Shown here one piece after another: positions 8,663-19,410 of a stretch of 46,953 nucleotides of DNA. Position 1 is the first letter of the stretch. The number at the start of each line of letters is the position of its first letter. The notes beneath the pieces are model-generated. The model was not told where the DNA came from. It worked only from the letters and a program-made list of their open reading frames with translations, and did no database searches. The position numbers and the translations under genes are program-made. Origin of the DNA: an uncultured Anaerolineaceae bacterium (lineage in GTDB: Bacteria > Chloroflexota > Anaerolineae > Anaerolineales > E44-bin32); contig CAYUWF010000003.1 of the NCBI GenBank assembly GCA_964448245.1, positions 6,214-53,166 of the forward strand, written 5' to 3'.

Positions 8663-9690
8663 GGGAGGGGCACCAGCCGCGCCTTTCGCAAGGCTGCCAG
8701 GTCCGAGCAACCGGTGGCGAACATCACCAGCCGCAATTCAGCCACCACATGCTCCATCGTCCGCACGACGGCCTGCGGGGATTCCGCCGCCGCCTTCAGG
8801 AAGGGCCCGGCCATCGCGCCCATGTCGGCGCCGAGGGCGATGCCCTTGGCAATATCGGTGCCGCTTCGCAGCCCACCCGACGCAATCAGCGGGATGGCGG
8901 GCAGCTCCAGCCGCACCTGACGCACGGCGTCGGCGGTGGGGATGCCCCAGCCGACGAAAGCCGCCGCCAGCCGCGCCGCGTCCGGATCCGTCGTTCGATG
9001 CATCTCGACTTGCGACCACGATGTCCCCCCGGCGCCGGCAACGTCGATCGCGGCAACACCGGCCTCCGACAGCCGTCGGGCGTCGGCGCCGGAGATTCCC
9101 CAGCCGACCTCCTTGGCGATCACGGGGACGGGGAGCGCGGCGCACACCTGCGCGATCTTGCGAAGGAGTCCGGAGAAGTCGGTGTCGCCCTCCGGCTGCA
9201 CGGCCTCCTGCAGCGCGTTGAGATGCAGAACCAGCGCGTCCGCTTCCACCAGGTCGACGGCGCGGCGGCACTCGTCCGGGCCGTAACCGTAGTTGAGCTG
9301 CACCGCGCCGAGGTTGGCCAGCAGCAGGATGTCGGGGGCGGCGCGGCGGACCTGATACGTGGCCGCCTGGGCAGGGTCTTCCAGGGCGGCCCGGAGCGAC
9401 CCCAGCCCCATCCCCACGCCGGCCTGCTGGGCCGCCTGCGCCAGCGCCAGGTTGATCTGGCCGGCTATGGCTGTCCCGCCGGTCATGGAGGAGATCAACA
9501 GCGGCGCCGCCAGGCGCCGTCCGAGGAAGGTCAGGTCGGTCCGGATCGCGCGCAGGTCGAGTTCAGGCAGCGCGGCGTGCTCGAAGCGCAGGCGCTCCAG
9601 CCCGGTCGTCAGGGCGGAGGCGACATCTTTCTCCAGATTGATCTGGATATGGTCCGCCTTCCGCCGTGAAACCGGCGCACCTTTCGGCAT
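8659..9690 (-). CDS. fni: Type 2 isopentenyl-diphosphate delta-isomerase (FMN-dependent)
   Basis: 343 aa. [10 protein letters not shown]..., [51 protein letters not shown]. Confidence 0.85.
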   Translation of the reverse strand: MPKGAPVSRRKADHIQINLEKDVASALTTGLERLRFEHAALPELDLRAIRTDLTFLGRRLAAPLLISSMTGGTAIAGQINLALAQAAQQAGVGMGLGSLRAALEDPAQAATYQVRRAAPDILLLANLGAVQLNYGYGPDECRRAVDLVEADALVLHLNALQEAVQPEGDTDFSGLLRKIAQVCAALPVPVIAKEVGWGISGADARRLSEAGVAAIDVAGAGGTSWSQVEMHRTTDPDAARLAAAFVGWGIPTADAVRQVRLELPAIPLIASGGLRSGTDIAKGIALGADMGAMAGPFLKAAAESPQAVVRTMEHVVAELRLVMFATGCSDLAALRKARLVPLP

Positions 9691-9766
9691 CTGGGGGTGT
9701 TCCTAGTGGGCGAGGTATGATCTTATCAGCCGGCCCGGGGGGTGTCAACTTGCGGGCCGGTTCTTC

Positions 9767-9775
9767 TGATACAAT
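9767..9775 (+). promoter_or_regulatory. Possible extended -10 (TGATACAAT) for acpP
   Basis: TGATACAAT lies 19 nt upstream of the ATG at 9794. AGGAGG RBS at 9783-9788. Confidence 0.35.
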
Positions 9776-9793
9776 GACCCCCAGGAGGTCTTC

Positions 9794-10036
9794 ATGGCAG
9801 ACACCAACGAAGCGGTGCAAGGCATCATTATCGAACTTCTCGGGGTCGACGCGGCCAAGGTCATCCCGGAGGCTCGCTTCCGCGAAGACCTCGAGGCCGA
9901 CTCACTCGACTTGGTCGAATTGATCATGGCCTTCGAAGAGAAGTTCGGCGGGGAGATCTCCGACGAGGACGCACAGAAGATCACCACGGTGGGGGAAGCC
10001 GTCACCTACATCGATACCCACATGAAGCCGAAGTAA
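9794..10036 (+). CDS. acpP: Acyl carrier protein
   Basis: 80 aa. Phosphopantetheine attachment motif [20 protein letters not shown]. Strong RBS. Confidence 0.9.
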   Translation: MADTNEAVQGIIIELLGVDAAKVIPEARFREDLEADSLDLVELIMAFEEKFGGEISDEDAQKITTVGEAVTYIDTHMKPK

Positions 10037-10080
10037 ACCTCGCCTGCGCCGGCCGACCCGAGGAAGTCGGTTCGGCGGGG

Positions 10081-11274
10081 TTAGCGCCGCACTTTTCGAG
10101 AGCCGGCTCGTGCCGGCTCTTTGTTTTTCCGGCGAACAGGCCGGGAGGCGGCGATCAGGCTCCGCAGCCGGGCTTCCTCGCGGTCCTGCCGGCGCAGGTA
10201 GCCGCGCAGAAAGGTCGAACCGCGTAGCCGGAGCGCCATCGGCGCCACCACGCGCATGTCGTCGGGCCCGGCGCTGAGCCGGCCGTCGGCGCTGGCATAG
10301 GCCCGGGCGGCCTCGAAGAGCGTGATCTCCGCCCGAAGCGAGTCGATCCCCATCCGGCGAACGAGGTCGAGGCCGAAGATCTCGGCCTGCGGCTGGAGCA
10401 CGACCTGCGGCAGAGCCTGTCGGGCCGCCGCCAGATCCTCCCCGGCCAGCGCCGTGTCGGCTTCGAAGCGCGCGATCAATCGGCGCGGGCTGTTGCGGAA
10501 CGCCACCGACCGCCGATAGGCTTCCAGGCGGTCGTCGGGAACGGCCAGACCGCGCACGACCACGCGCAGGCCGAAACGATCGAAGATCTGGGGGCGCAGG
10601 CTCCCTTCCTCCGGATTCATCGAACCGATCAGCACGAAGCGGGCGCGGTAGGTCCCCGAGAGCGACCCCCGCTGAACGGTGAAGATGCCCTGGGCGGCGG
10701 CGTCGAGGATGGCGTCGACGATCTCGTCCGGCATCAGGTTGGCCTCGTCGAGGTAGAGCAGGTTGCGATCCGAACGCGCCAACAGGCCGCGGCGCAGCCG
10801 CGATCGCCCGGCGCCGCCGGCGCGTTCATCGAGCCCGCCGACGACGTCTTCCAGCCGAGCGTTGAGGGGGAGCTCGACCAATCGCACCCGGTCGAGATAG
10901 GTCAGCGGTTCGCCCAGCCCGTACTTGCGCGCGCAATCGGGGCAGACGGCATCGATGCCGCCGGTCTCGATGTCCTCCGGCAGACAGCCGTAGGCGCACA
11001 GGCTGCGCGCCACCTCGGGCAGCAGGTCGGCCAGGCTGCGCACGGCCGTCGTTTTGCCTGTGCCGCGCGGGCCGAGCAGCAGCACACCGCCTACGTTCGG
11101 GTTGATCAACGCCAGGATCAAAGCCAGCTTCATCTCTTCCTGGCCGACAAGCGCCAGGAAGGGGAAGACCAGCTGCTCGGACAAGCCGAGGTCTTCCTGC
11201 GACGGCGCTTCCAGGAAGCGCTGCGAGCCGGCGCGCTGCAGGAGCTCCGTCAGGGAGCGCACGGGCTCGGTCAT
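10081..11274 (-). CDS. ChlI/BchI-family AAA+ ATPase (Mg-chelatase subunit I-like), stand-alone
   Basis: 397 aa. FPFLALVGQEEMKLALILALINPNVGGVLLLGPRGTGKTT (Walker A), LLYLDEANL (Walker B), ARFVLIGSMNPEEGSLRPQIFDRFGL. Carries a CX3CX13CX2C insertion. No D or H subunit gene is in the window. Confidence 0.8.
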   Translation of the reverse strand: MTEPVRSLTELLQRAGSQRFLEAPSQEDLGLSEQLVFPFLALVGQEEMKLALILALINPNVGGVLLLGPRGTGKTTAVRSLADLLPEVARSLCAYGCLPEDIETGGIDAVCPDCARKYGLGEPLTYLDRVRLVELPLNARLEDVVGGLDERAGGAGRSRLRRGLLARSDRNLLYLDEANLMPDEIVDAILDAAAQGIFTVQRGSLSGTYRARFVLIGSMNPEEGSLRPQIFDRFGLRVVVRGLAVPDDRLEAYRRSVAFRNSPRRLIARFEADTALAGEDLAAARQALPQVVLQPQAEIFGLDLVRRMGIDSLRAEITLFEAARAYASADGRLSAGPDDMRVVAPMALRLRGSTFLRGYLRRQDREEARLRSLIAASRPVRRKNKEPARAGSRKVRR

Positions 11275-11777
11275 CAGGCCTCGTCCAGCGGATCCTGGCC
11301 GCGCTGCGCCAGCCGGTAGGCCTGGCGCTCCCGGCCGGCCGCCATGCGGCGGTTCTCGGCCTCCGTCTCCGCCAGCAGCGGCGGCACCGGCTTAGGCCGG
11401 CCGGATTCATCGAGGGCGACGTACACCAGATAGCCGCTGTTGGTGTGCGTGCGCGTGCCGGTGACCGGGTCCTCGGCGATGACCTGGACGCGCGTTTCAA
11501 CCGACGTGCGCCCGACGTAGGTCACCTCGGCCTCGAGCACGACCAGATCGCCGATGCGGATCGGCTCGTGGAAACGCATTTGATCGATGGCGACGGTGAC
11601 GACGCGGGTCTGCGCGTGCCGCATCGCCGCCAGGGCGCCCGCTTCGTCGACCAGCTTCATGATCCAGCCGCCGTGGACGTCGCCGCGGAGATTGGCGTGT
11701 TCCGGCTGCATCAACTGGCTGAGGGTGACCCTGGAGGCGGCCACCGGTTTGGGGGCCGCCGGGGTCGGGTGACTCAC
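11274..11777 (-). CDS. Acyl-CoA thioesterase (hotdog fold, YciA-like)
   Basis: The C-terminal 167 codons of ORF 11274..12104. MQPEHANLRGDVHGGWIMKLVDEAGALAAMRHA...VVTVAIDQMRFHEPIRIGDLV. The GTG at 11777 overlaps the upstream stop as GTGA. Confidence 0.8.
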   Translation of the reverse strand: MSHPTPAAPKPVAASRVTLSQLMQPEHANLRGDVHGGWIMKLVDEAGALAAMRHAQTRVVTVAIDQMRFHEPIRIGDLVVLEAEVTYVGRTSVETRVQVIAEDPVTGTRTHTNSGYLVYVALDESGRPKPVPPLLAETEAENRRMAAGRERQAYRLAQRGQDPLDEA

Positions 11778-12151
11778 TCCATGTCCTTCTTCAGCTCGCC
11801 GGCATCGGTCGTGTGCAGCCGCTCCGGCTGCTCTTCGAGGACGTCGATCACCTCGAAGGGGAGGCCCGACATCATGGGGGGAAGCGGCACGGAGGCCGGC
11901 GGCCGGATGCGGGGTGGGGAAGGCAGAGGCTCGCGGCGCTCCAACTCGTCGTCCATCGTTCGCTTTCGCAGGATGCGTGGATCGGGTGTCAGCCAGCCGA
12001 CGTAGAGTCCCTGAACGTCGTAGACCTGGCGGTCGGGCGTGACGAAGCCGATCCACTCGCCCTGCGGGCTGTACAGGTGCGGGAAGACGAGCAGCGCCAT
12101 CCAATCGCCGGGCGTGGAGTAGATCGGGATGGCTTTGGTCGGCGGCGTCAT
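11774..12151 (-). CDS. Hypothetical protein (125 aa), possibly a beta-flower-like repeat at the N-terminus
   Basis: ATG at 12151 (MTPPTKAIPIYSTPGDWMALLVFPHLYSPQGEWIGFVTPDRQVYDVQGLYVGWL...). The longer ORF to 12412 overlaps the GtrA gene. The family assignment is a weak recollection only. Confidence 0.55.
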   Translation of the reverse strand: MTPPTKAIPIYSTPGDWMALLVFPHLYSPQGEWIGFVTPDRQVYDVQGLYVGWLTPDPRILRKRTMDDELERREPLPSPPRIRPPASVPLPPMMSGLPFEVIDVLEEQPERLHTTDAGELKKDME

Positions 12152-12179
12152 GTCCGTCGCTCCGAAGGCTCCACGTGCA

Positions 12180-12704
12180 TTATACCGGCGGGCTTTCGAC
12201 CGACAACGGCGCGGGCTGAGCGCGCGGCTGGTCGACATCGGCGTAGGTCCACAGCCGGTTCGCCAGGAAGTTCCAGAACAATACGATGATGATGGCGGCG
12301 GCCAGGGCCATGTTGATGCCGAGGGTGGAGGCCGAGACGGTCGCCGACGCCTCCAAGCCCGTCCCCAGCAAAATCGATGCCACGGAAGTAGAGGGGCCAC
12401 GCAGCAGAGCAAGCACCGCCGTGCGGATCGCCAGGCCGATCAGGCTGACGACGGCGAATTGGCCGGCCTGGCGGCGCAGCGGTTTCGATCGCGAATCGGG
12501 GTAGGTCCAGTAGCGGTTCCAGATGAAATTATTGGTCACCGCCGCCACGAAGGAGCATACCGACGCCGCAAGCCACGGAAGACCGAGCCGCGTGTGCAGC
12601 AGGTTGAAGGTCCCGATATCGATGACAAAGCCCAGCGTGCCGACGGCGCTGAACTTGACGAAGCGACTGAGCTCCGGTCGGGTGAGCAGGCGCGGTCGGG
12701 TCAC
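12180..12704 (-). CDS. GtrA-family membrane protein
   Basis: [23 protein letters not shown]...[11 protein letters not shown]..., four hydrophobic segments. The GTG at 12704 overlaps the UXS stop as GTGA; the ORF itself runs to 12770. Confidence 0.75.
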   Translation of the reverse strand: MTRPRLLTRPELSRFVKFSAVGTLGFVIDIGTFNLLHTRLGLPWLAASVCSFVAAVTNNFIWNRYWTYPDSRSKPLRRQAGQFAVVSLIGLAIRTAVLALLRGPSTSVASILLGTGLEASATVSASTLGINMALAAAIIIVLFWNFLANRLWTYADVDQPRAQPAPLSVESPPV

Positions 12705-13651
12705 GATTTCTTCCGAAAGTCTTCGATGGTGGTCGCCAGACCACTCTCCAGGCTGATGGAGGGGGACCATCCCAGGAGCCGCAGGGCGCGGCTGATCTCT
12801 GGCTGGCGGCGATCGGGGTCGGAAGCATCGCGGCGCTCCGGATGGAGGGCGATGCCGGCCGCGTTCTGCGCCAGCCGGTTGGTTGCCTCGGCCAGCTCCC
12901 GGATCGTGATCTCGTCCGGGTTTCCCAAGTTGACCGGTTCGTGGACGTCCGAAAGCAGGAGCCGGTACAACCCTTCGATCAGGTCGTCGACGTAGCAGAA
13001 GGACCTTGTCTGACTCCCGTCCCCGTAGACGGTCAGCGGGTTTCCAGCGAGGGCCTGGGTGATGAAGTTCGGCACGGCCCGGCCGTCGTCGCGGCGCATG
13101 CGCGGGCCGTACGTGTTGAAGATGCGGGCGATGCGCGTATCGATCCCATGAGTACGATGGTAGGCCATCGTGATCGCTTCGGCAAAACGCTTGGCCTCGT
13201 CGTAGACCGAGCGCGGTCCGATCGGATCGACGTGGCCCCAGTAGGACTCAGCCTGCGGGTGGGTTTCCGGATTGCCGTAGATTTCGGAGGTCGAGGCCAG
13301 CAGGAAGCGCGCCCGGTGGGCGCGGGCGACGCCCAGGGCGTTGTGGGTGCCGAGGGCGCCCGCCTTGAGCGTCTGGATGGGCAGTTGGGGATAGCCGTAG
13401 GGCGAGGCCGGATTGGGGCTGGCCGGGGACGCCAGATGGACGACGGCTTCGACCGAGCCCGGGACGAAGATGAAGTTGGAGACGTCGTAGCGGACGAACG
13501 TGAATTCGCTGCGGCCGGCCAGATGGGCAAGGTTCTGCGCGCTGCCGGTGATCAGGTTGTCGATCACGATCACGGCGTGCCCTTCGGCCAGGAGCCGGTC
13601 GCAGAAATGCGAGCCGATGAAACCGGCGCCGCCGGTCACCAGGACGCGCAC
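12701..13651 (-). CDS. UDP-glucuronate decarboxylase / NAD-dependent sugar epimerase-dehydratase
   Basis: 316 aa. [49 protein letters not shown] before the GTG start. Confidence 0.85.
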   Translation of the reverse strand: MRVLVTGGAGFIGSHFCDRLLAEGHAVIVIDNLITGSAQNLAHLAGRSEFTFVRYDVSNFIFVPGSVEAVVHLASPASPNPASPYGYPQLPIQTLKAGALGTHNALGVARAHRARFLLASTSEIYGNPETHPQAESYWGHVDPIGPRSVYDEAKRFAEAITMAYHRTHGIDTRIARIFNTYGPRMRRDDGRAVPNFITQALAGNPLTVYGDGSQTRSFCYVDDLIEGLYRLLLSDVHEPVNLGNPDEITIRELAEATNRLAQNAAGIALHPERRDASDPDRRQPEISRALRLLGWSPSISLESGLATTIEDFRKKS

Positions 13652-13688
13652 GGATGCCTCCCAGGGCGCTGGCGGGTCGGGAAAAAGG

Positions 13689-15341
13689 TCATGGGGCGCT
13701 CCAATCGATGGCGGAGACCTGCCCGTCGCTCGTCAGGCGATGGGCCTGCGTGCTGGCCACGTCGACGATCCACAAGTCCCCCTGATAAATCACCGCCAGA
13801 CGCTGTCCGTCCGGAGACCAGGCCACGCGATGTGGCTCGAGGCCCGGCTCACCTTCGGCGGGGAAGAGCGTGCGCAGGTTGCTGCCGTCGCGGTCGATGA
13901 CCGCCAGGCGGTAGCGGCTCGACTCGCTCTCCAGCGGGGTCAACGCCTGGAGGAAGGCGATCTGATGGTCGACCTCACCGTCGGGGAGCAGGCGCGGCGG
14001 CGAGACGACCGGCTCGGCGAACATCCCACTGCGCAGGTGGAGCGGGAGAGCCGCGCCGCTCGTCGGCTGAAGCGCCACGAGATCGAACGCGGGCGAGGCG
14101 GCTTCCGTTTCGAGGCCGACGGGTGGGCCGTGCCGCACCGTGAAGAGCGTGCGATCGTCCCAGGCCCAACTGATGCCGGGCACCCAGGCCCAATCGCCGA
14201 GGGTCTGATAAGGCGTCATCTCCAGCGCCGGCGCCAGCGACGGGTCGTCGACCGAGACGACTCCCACGCCGTCCGGCCGCGCGTAGGCCAGGTGCGCCGC
14301 GTCCGGGGCCCAGGCAAAGGACGAGCCCCACCAACCGTATTGCCCGCCGGAGTTGGCCGGGAGCAGAGGCCGGGGTGGTCCGGCCCGGACTCGCTCGCCA
14401 TCGGGCCGGACCGTCACCAGGTTTAGGTCGTTGTTGGCCTGCCACCCGGGCGCCGCCGGACGCGGCTCGACGGTGCTGAAGGCGACGACCAGCTCCGTGG
14501 GATCCGGGGACCAATCGGCGAAATGAACGACGTTCGACGCGCCGAGCGAGAAGGGCGCGGGGTTGCGGCCGAGCGCCGAGACTGCCCACAAGGCGTTAAT
14601 CTCCTCGGTCTCCTGCGGGTCGTGCCGGGTGAAGGCCAACCAGGCCGCGTCCGGCGAGAGTTCCAGGATGCGACCATCGGCATCCCCGGAGACCGTGACC
14701 GGTGTGCGGCTTCCGCTGTCGCCCGAGATGGTCCAGACGTTGCCGGACGAGATATAGGCCAGCGTGCCTTCGATCGGCACCGGGCTATAGGCCGTCAGCG
14801 CACCCACCATCAGGATCTCGGGCTTCGGCTCCAAGACGATCTGGCTCTTGACCGGCGTGCGCGAAATCTCGAGGCCTTCTTCCGTCACGATGCGAAACGT
14901 GATCTCCTTCAGCCCATTCTCCCCGGCCTGGAGCAGCCGCGTTTCTCCCTCGGGGAGGACCTCGTTGCGCAGCGTCTGCTGCGGGAAGGGCAGGGTGACC
15001 TGCTCGACCTCGAAGGTCTCCTCGAGGCGGGTGACTTCGATTCGGGTTCCATCGGTGACGAGCGTGTAGGCCGGGGGTTGCAGGCGATCGAGCTCGCCCA
15101 ACTCGACTCCGGCGGCATCCAGGGCCTGCACCACCGATGATCCGGAGGGGACGGCGGCGCGCACTTCGTCGCCATCGGCGGCGATGAGGACCGAAATCGC
15201 CCCGGCCGTCGCCTGCGGACCGACACAAGCGCCGAGCGACGCCGTCAGCAGCAGCGCCAGGACGCCTCGAAGCGCCGCGCGCGGGCCGCGGCGTGTCGGA
15301 GGCAATGGAGAGAAGTCGGCCGGCTGGTATAATCCGCCCAC
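13689..15341 (-). CDS. Secreted/lipoprotein with DUF348-like + G5 domain and a TolB-like beta-propeller
   Basis: Signal/lipobox-like [12 protein letters not shown]5-like [46 protein letters not shown]. The C-terminal half has repeated W.PDG..LAF motifs. The true start may be the TTG near 15308. Confidence 0.7.
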   Translation of the reverse strand: MGGLYQPADFSPLPPTRRGPRAALRGVLALLLTASLGACVGPQATAGAISVLIAADGDEVRAAVPSGSSVVQALDAAGVELGELDRLQPPAYTLVTDGTRIEVTRLEETFEVEQVTLPFPQQTLRNEVLPEGETRLLQAGENGLKEITFRIVTEEGLEISRTPVKSQIVLEPKPEILMVGALTAYSPVPIEGTLAYISSGNVWTISGDSGSRTPVTVSGDADGRILELSPDAAWLAFTRHDPQETEEINALWAVSALGRNPAPFSLGASNVVHFADWSPDPTELVVAFSTVEPRPAAPGWQANNDLNLVTVRPDGERVRAGPPRPLLPANSGGQYGWWGSSFAWAPDAAHLAYARPDGVGVVSVDDPSLAPALEMTPYQTLGDWAWVPGISWAWDDRTLFTVRHGPPVGLETEAASPAFDLVALQPTSGAALPLHLRSGMFAEPVVSPPRLLPDGEVDHQIAFLQALTPLESESSRYRLAVIDRDGSNLRTLFPAEGEPGLEPHRVAWSPDGQRLAVIYQGDLWIVDVASTQAHRLTSDGQVSAIDWSAP

Positions 15342-15347
15342 GTGAGC

Positions 15348-15923
15348 TCAGCGCAGTTCGGCGACGATCGCCAGCGCCCCATCGGCGACGGCAATCGACG
15401 TCACCCGGAATCCGGTAGCCAGCGACCCCATCGGCCCCGCCAGGGCCTCGCTCAACATAGCGGAGATGCTCTCCCGAATCCCCTGCGGTGCAGGAAGCGG
15501 GCCGAAGTCGGCCGAGGTCAGTTCGAAGCCGAGGCGACCCTGCGCGTCGATGACGGGCGTGATGACGAAGCGCACGCTGGCCTCGAACGGCCCCTGCTGG
15601 ACGACCCCATAGACCTGGATGACCCCGTCGCGCAGCGTCACCGCCGGCGAGTGGAAAAGGGGGTCTTCTTCTCCGCCGAGACGCGTCGTCAGCGCCGAGG
15701 TCAACTGTTCCTCCGTCAGAAGGACCGTCACCTGGCCGCTGGTCACCGCGCCTTCGAGCGCCTCGGTCCACGACTCAGACGCCTGCGTGGCGGCGCCGGT
15801 CGAGGCCTCCGGTGCAGCCGGCAGATCCGGGCCGCCGAGGTTGAGGCGACAGGCCACGGTGGAGGCGGCGAGCATCACCACGATCCAGCCGGACACGGCA
15901 CAACGACGACGATGAAATCGCAT
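15348..15923 (-). CDS. Hypothetical secreted protein / lipoprotein
   Basis: ATG at 15923 gives MRFHRRRCAVSGWIVVMLAASTVAC (signal peptide with a Cys). The longer ORF to 16043 overlaps scpB. No confident family. Confidence 0.6.
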   Translation of the reverse strand: MRFHRRRCAVSGWIVVMLAASTVACRLNLGGPDLPAAPEASTGAATQASESWTEALEGAVTSGQVTVLLTEEQLTSALTTRLGGEEDPLFHSPAVTLRDGVIQVYGVVQQGPFEASVRFVITPVIDAQGRLGFELTSADFGPLPAPQGIRESISAMLSEALAGPMGSLATGFRVTSIAVADGALAIVAELR

Positions 15924-15967
15924 CTCTGTTTCACAGCGCGGCCCGCTCCTCGAAGGTCCGCGCGCAC

Positions 15968-16576
15968 ATGGACGATCGCGGCGTGAACGAGCCGACCGCG
16001 GATTATAGCACCCCGGGGCAGTTGGCCGACGCTGCGCTGACACCCGAGGCGCGGCTGGAAGCGCTGCTCTTCGTCTCCGGGACGCCGGTGACGGCGCAGC
16101 GCCTCGGCGAAGCGCTGGGTGTCGGCAGCGCAGAGGTGGACGAGGCCCTGCCGCATCTCGAGGCGCAGCTCGCCCGGCGCGGGCTGCGCCTGCAGCGGCA
16201 CCGAGGCGGGTACTCCCTGACGACCGCGCCGCAGGCGGCGGGGGACGTTGCCCGCCTGCTCGACCTGGAAAGCAGCGCCCACCTGACGCGGGCCGCCCTC
16301 GAGACGCTCTCGATCATCGCCTATCACCAGCCGGCGACGCGCCCGCTGATCGACAGCATCCGCGGCGTCAACTCCGAGGCCTCCGTCCACACACTGGTGC
16401 GTTATGGGCTGGTGGAGGAGTCGGGGCGCGGCGAAGGTCCGGGGCGGCCGATCCTGTACGCGACGACGCAGGACTTCCTCCATCACTTCGGCCTGCGCTC
16501 CCTGGCCGCCCTTCCCCCTCTCGAGACGGGGGAGGCCGAGACGTTACCGCTCGCCCCGCCGCAGGATGACCCCTGA
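15968..16576 (+). CDS. scpB: Segregation and condensation protein B
   Basis: LEALLFVSG.PV....L......EVDEAL..L...L..RGL.L......Y.L.T, LT.AALETLSIIAYHQP.TR..ID.IRGV.S....TL...GLV...GR....GRP.LY.TT..FL..FGL. The start could be the in-frame TTG at 16022. Confidence 0.85.
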   Translation: MDDRGVNEPTADYSTPGQLADAALTPEARLEALLFVSGTPVTAQRLGEALGVGSAEVDEALPHLEAQLARRGLRLQRHRGGYSLTTAPQAAGDVARLLDLESSAHLTRAALETLSIIAYHQPATRPLIDSIRGVNSEASVHTLVRYGLVEESGRGEGPGRPILYATTQDFLHHFGLRSLAALPPLETGEAETLPLAPPQDDP

Positions 16577-17379
16577 TGGAACGCCTGCAGAAGATCCTGG
16601 CACGCGCCGGCGTCGCCTCGCGCCGTGCCAGCGAAGTGCTGATCGAGCAGCGGCGGGTGACTGTCAACGGGGAGCCGGCGCGCATCGGCCAGCAGGCGGA
16701 CCTGGCCCGCGACGAAATCCGGGTGGACGGACACCGCCTCCAGGCCGCCGCCGATCCGGTCTGGGTGGTGTTGAACAAACCGGCCGGGGTGGTGGTGTCC
16801 GATCGAGCGCAGGGCCTGCGCCGCACCGCCCGCCAGCTCGTCGACCTGCCGACGCGGCTGTTCGCCGTCGGGCGGTTGGACGTCGAGAGCGAGGGCCTGG
16901 TGGTGCTGACGAACAACGGAGGGCTGGCCGAGCGGCTGGCGCACCCGCGTTATGAGCACGAGAAGGAATACCGACTCCTGCTCAACCGGGCCCCGGATGA
17001 TGAGCAGCTGGCCACGTGGGGTCGGGGGCTGGTGCTGGGCGACGGCCATCGCACGCGACCGGCGCGCGTCTGGCGGGAGTCGGGCGGACAATCCCAGCGC
17101 TGGCTCCGTCTCGTCCTGCGCGAGGGCCACAAACGTCAGATCCGCCAGTCGGCCAAGGCGTTGGGACTGCGGGTGGAGCGATTGATCCGCATCCGCCTGG
17201 GGCCTTTCGAGCTGGGCACAATGAAACCGGGCGAGTGGCGCCTGGCGACGGACAGGGAAGTGGCGCGCCTCGAAGAGGCCGCAACGCCTCCACGAGGCCG
17301 GCCGCGGCGTCTGCCGACCGCCGCTCGGCCGGGAGCCGCGTGCCGCCGGAAACAGTCTCCTTCCAAGGAGCGCCGATGA
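16576..17379 (+). CDS. rluB: Pseudouridine synthase, RsuA/RluB family (S4 + PseudoU_synth_2)
   Basis: [32 protein letters not shown] (S4), [18 protein letters not shown] (catalytic Asp motif), HEKEYRL. The start overlaps the scpB stop (TGATG). Confidence 0.85.
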   Translation: MERLQKILARAGVASRRASEVLIEQRRVTVNGEPARIGQQADLARDEIRVDGHRLQAAADPVWVVLNKPAGVVVSDRAQGLRRTARQLVDLPTRLFAVGRLDVESEGLVVLTNNGGLAERLAHPRYEHEKEYRLLLNRAPDDEQLATWGRGLVLGDGHRTRPARVWRESGGQSQRWLRLVLREGHKRQIRQSAKALGLRVERLIRIRLGPFELGTMKPGEWRLATDREVARLEEAATPPRGRPRRLPTAARPGAACRRKQSPSKERR

Positions 17380-18521
17380 AGCTGCACGAATACCAGTCCA
17401 AGCAACTCTTCGCGCAAGAGGGGATCCCGATTCCGCGCGGACGGGTGGCGATGACGGCCGCCGAAGCGCGCGCCGTTGCCGAGGAGTTGGGCGGGCGGGC
17501 GGTCGTCAAGTCACAGGTGCTCGTCGGCGGGCGGGGCAAGGCCGGGGGCATCCGCCTGGTCAACTCGCCCGAGGCCGCCGAAGACGCCGCCACGCAGGTG
17601 CTGGGGATCCAGATCAAGGGCTTGCCGGTGCGGAAACTGCTGGTCGACGAGGCGGTGGGGATCCAATCCGAGATCTACCTCGGCCTGACCAACGACCGGC
17701 AGGCGCGCTGCCCGGTGCTGATCGCTTCGGCCGGAGGCGGAGTCGAGATCGAAGAAGTGGCACGCCGCGAGCCTGGGAAAATCGTCCGACTCCCGATCGA
17801 TCCACTGCTCGGGCTGCGCGAGTACCAGGCGCGCTACCTGGCGGCGGCGATCGAGCTGCCGCGCGACCACTGGCGGAGCTTCATTCAGATCGCTTCGGCC
17901 CTCTATCGGGTGTTCCGGCGGGTCGACGCGACGCTGGCCGAAATCAACCCGCTGGTCGTGACGAAAGACCAACGCCTGCTGGCGCTCGACGGGAAGATCG
18001 TCATCGATGACAACGCCCTCTTCCGCCACACGGACATTGCCGAAATGCGTGACCTTGACGAAGAGGCCCCGGCCGAGCGCGAGGCGCGCAAGTATGGACT
18101 GTCCTACGTCCACCTCGATGGTTCGATCGGCTGCATGGTCAACGGCGCCGGATTAGCCATGGCGACGATGGACGTCATCGAGCTGTGCGGCGGGAAACCG
18201 GCCAACTTCCTGGACGTCGGGGGCGGGGCGGGGGCTGAGAAGGTCGCCGCTGCCCTGCAGTTGATTCTGGCCGAACCGGCGGTGCGGGTGGTCCTGCTCA
18301 ACATCTTCGGCGGGATCACCCGCTGCGACGAAGTCGCCCGGGGCGTGCTGAGCGCCATGCAGGAAGTGAAGCCCAAGGTCCCGTTCGTCGCCCGGTTGGT
18401 CGGGACGAATGAGGAAGAAGGTCGCAAGCTGCTGTCCCAGGCCAGGCTGACGACGGCCAGCTCCTTGATGGACGCCGCCCGTAAGGCCGTGGCGGCCGCC
18501 GGGGGGAGTGCCCAGGCATGA
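17376..18521 (+). CDS. sucC: Succinate--CoA ligase (ADP-forming) beta subunit
   Basis: [22 protein letters not shown]...[17 protein letters not shown]...INPL..., [41 protein letters not shown] overlap with rluB. The longer ORF from 17016 is an artefact. Confidence 0.92.
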   Translation: MKLHEYQSKQLFAQEGIPIPRGRVAMTAAEARAVAEELGGRAVVKSQVLVGGRGKAGGIRLVNSPEAAEDAATQVLGIQIKGLPVRKLLVDEAVGIQSEIYLGLTNDRQARCPVLIASAGGGVEIEEVARREPGKIVRLPIDPLLGLREYQARYLAAAIELPRDHWRSFIQIASALYRVFRRVDATLAEINPLVVTKDQRLLALDGKIVIDDNALFRHTDIAEMRDLDEEAPAEREARKYGLSYVHLDGSIGCMVNGAGLAMATMDVIELCGGKPANFLDVGGGAGAEKVAAALQLILAEPAVRVVLLNIFGGITRCDEVARGVLSAMQEVKPKVPFVARLVGTNEEEGRKLLSQARLTTASSLMDAARKAVAAAGGSAQA

Positions 18522-19390
18522 GCATCCTGATCGACAAGCAGACCCGTCTTCTTGTGCAGGGGATCACCGGGCGGGAGGGCGAATTCCATGCCCGTCAAAT
18601 GCTCGACTACGGCACGCGGCTGGTCGCCGGCACGAGCCCCGGCAAGGGCGGCGAATGGGTGCTGGACGGCAAGGTCCCCGTGTTCGACACGGTGGCCCAA
18701 GCGGTGGAGGCGACCGGCGCCAACTGCAGCGTGATCTTCGTGCCGGCGCGCAATGCGGCCGACGCCATGCTGGAAGCCGCCGACGCCGGATTGCCGTTGA
18801 TCGTGTGTATCACCGAAGGCGTCCCCGTGCAGGACACGATGCAGGTCAGGCGTTACCTGGATCAGCGCGGGGCGCGCCTGGTCGGACCCAACGGCCCGGG
18901 CCTGCTCTCGCCCGGCCAGGCCAAGGTCGGCATCATCCCCGGCCACATCGCCATCCCCGGCGACATCGGCGTCGTATCGCGCTCGGGTACGCTGACGTAC
19001 GAGGTGCTGTACGCCCTCAAGCTGCGCTCGCGCGGCGTATCGACCTGCGTCGGCATCGGCGGCGACCCGGTGAACGGGACGTCGTTCATCGACGTACTCG
19101 AAATGTTCGAGGAAGACCCGAACACCGAGCAGGTGGTGCTGATCGGGGAAATCGGCGGGACGGACGAAGAGCGCGCGGCGGATTTCATCGCCGATCGGAT
19201 GACCAAGCCCGTCGTCGGCTTCGTCGCCGGGCGCAGCGCGCCCCCGGGCAAGCGCATGGGCCACGCCGGCGCCATCGTCGAGGGCGGGACGGGTCTGGCT
19301 TCCGACAAGATCACGGCGCTGCGGGCGGCGCGCGTGCGCATGGCCGAGCACCCCGAGCAGATACCCGACCTGCTCGATGGAGCGAGATAG
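18518..19390 (+). CDS. sucD: Succinate--CoA ligase alpha subunit
   Basis: [60 protein letters not shown] overlap with sucC. Confidence 0.92.
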   Translation: MSILIDKQTRLLVQGITGREGEFHARQMLDYGTRLVAGTSPGKGGEWVLDGKVPVFDTVAQAVEATGANCSVIFVPARNAADAMLEAADAGLPLIVCITEGVPVQDTMQVRRYLDQRGARLVGPNGPGLLSPGQAKVGIIPGHIAIPGDIGVVSRSGTLTYEVLYALKLRSRGVSTCVGIGGDPVNGTSFIDVLEMFEEDPNTEQVVLIGEIGGTDEERAADFIADRMTKPVVGFVAGRSAPPGKRMGHAGAIVEGGTGLASDKITALRAARVRMAEHPEQIPDLLDGAR

Positions 19391-19410
19391 CCCCTCGCCA
19401 AGGAGACGCC

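Noticed and set aside
15330-15335. Plus-strand TATAAT at 15330
   Set aside because: It lies inside the 5' end of the minus-strand G5-protein ORF, with no plus-strand gene downstream. It is likely fortuitous.
17016-17375. Long 5' extension of sucC, and the alternative-frame or antisense ORFs over sucD (18104..19351, 18508..19410, 18862..19839)
   Set aside because: The extension overlaps rluB in another frame. sucC has a clear AAGGAG RBS and MKLHEYQ start at 17376. The others lack any motif and mirror the real genes.
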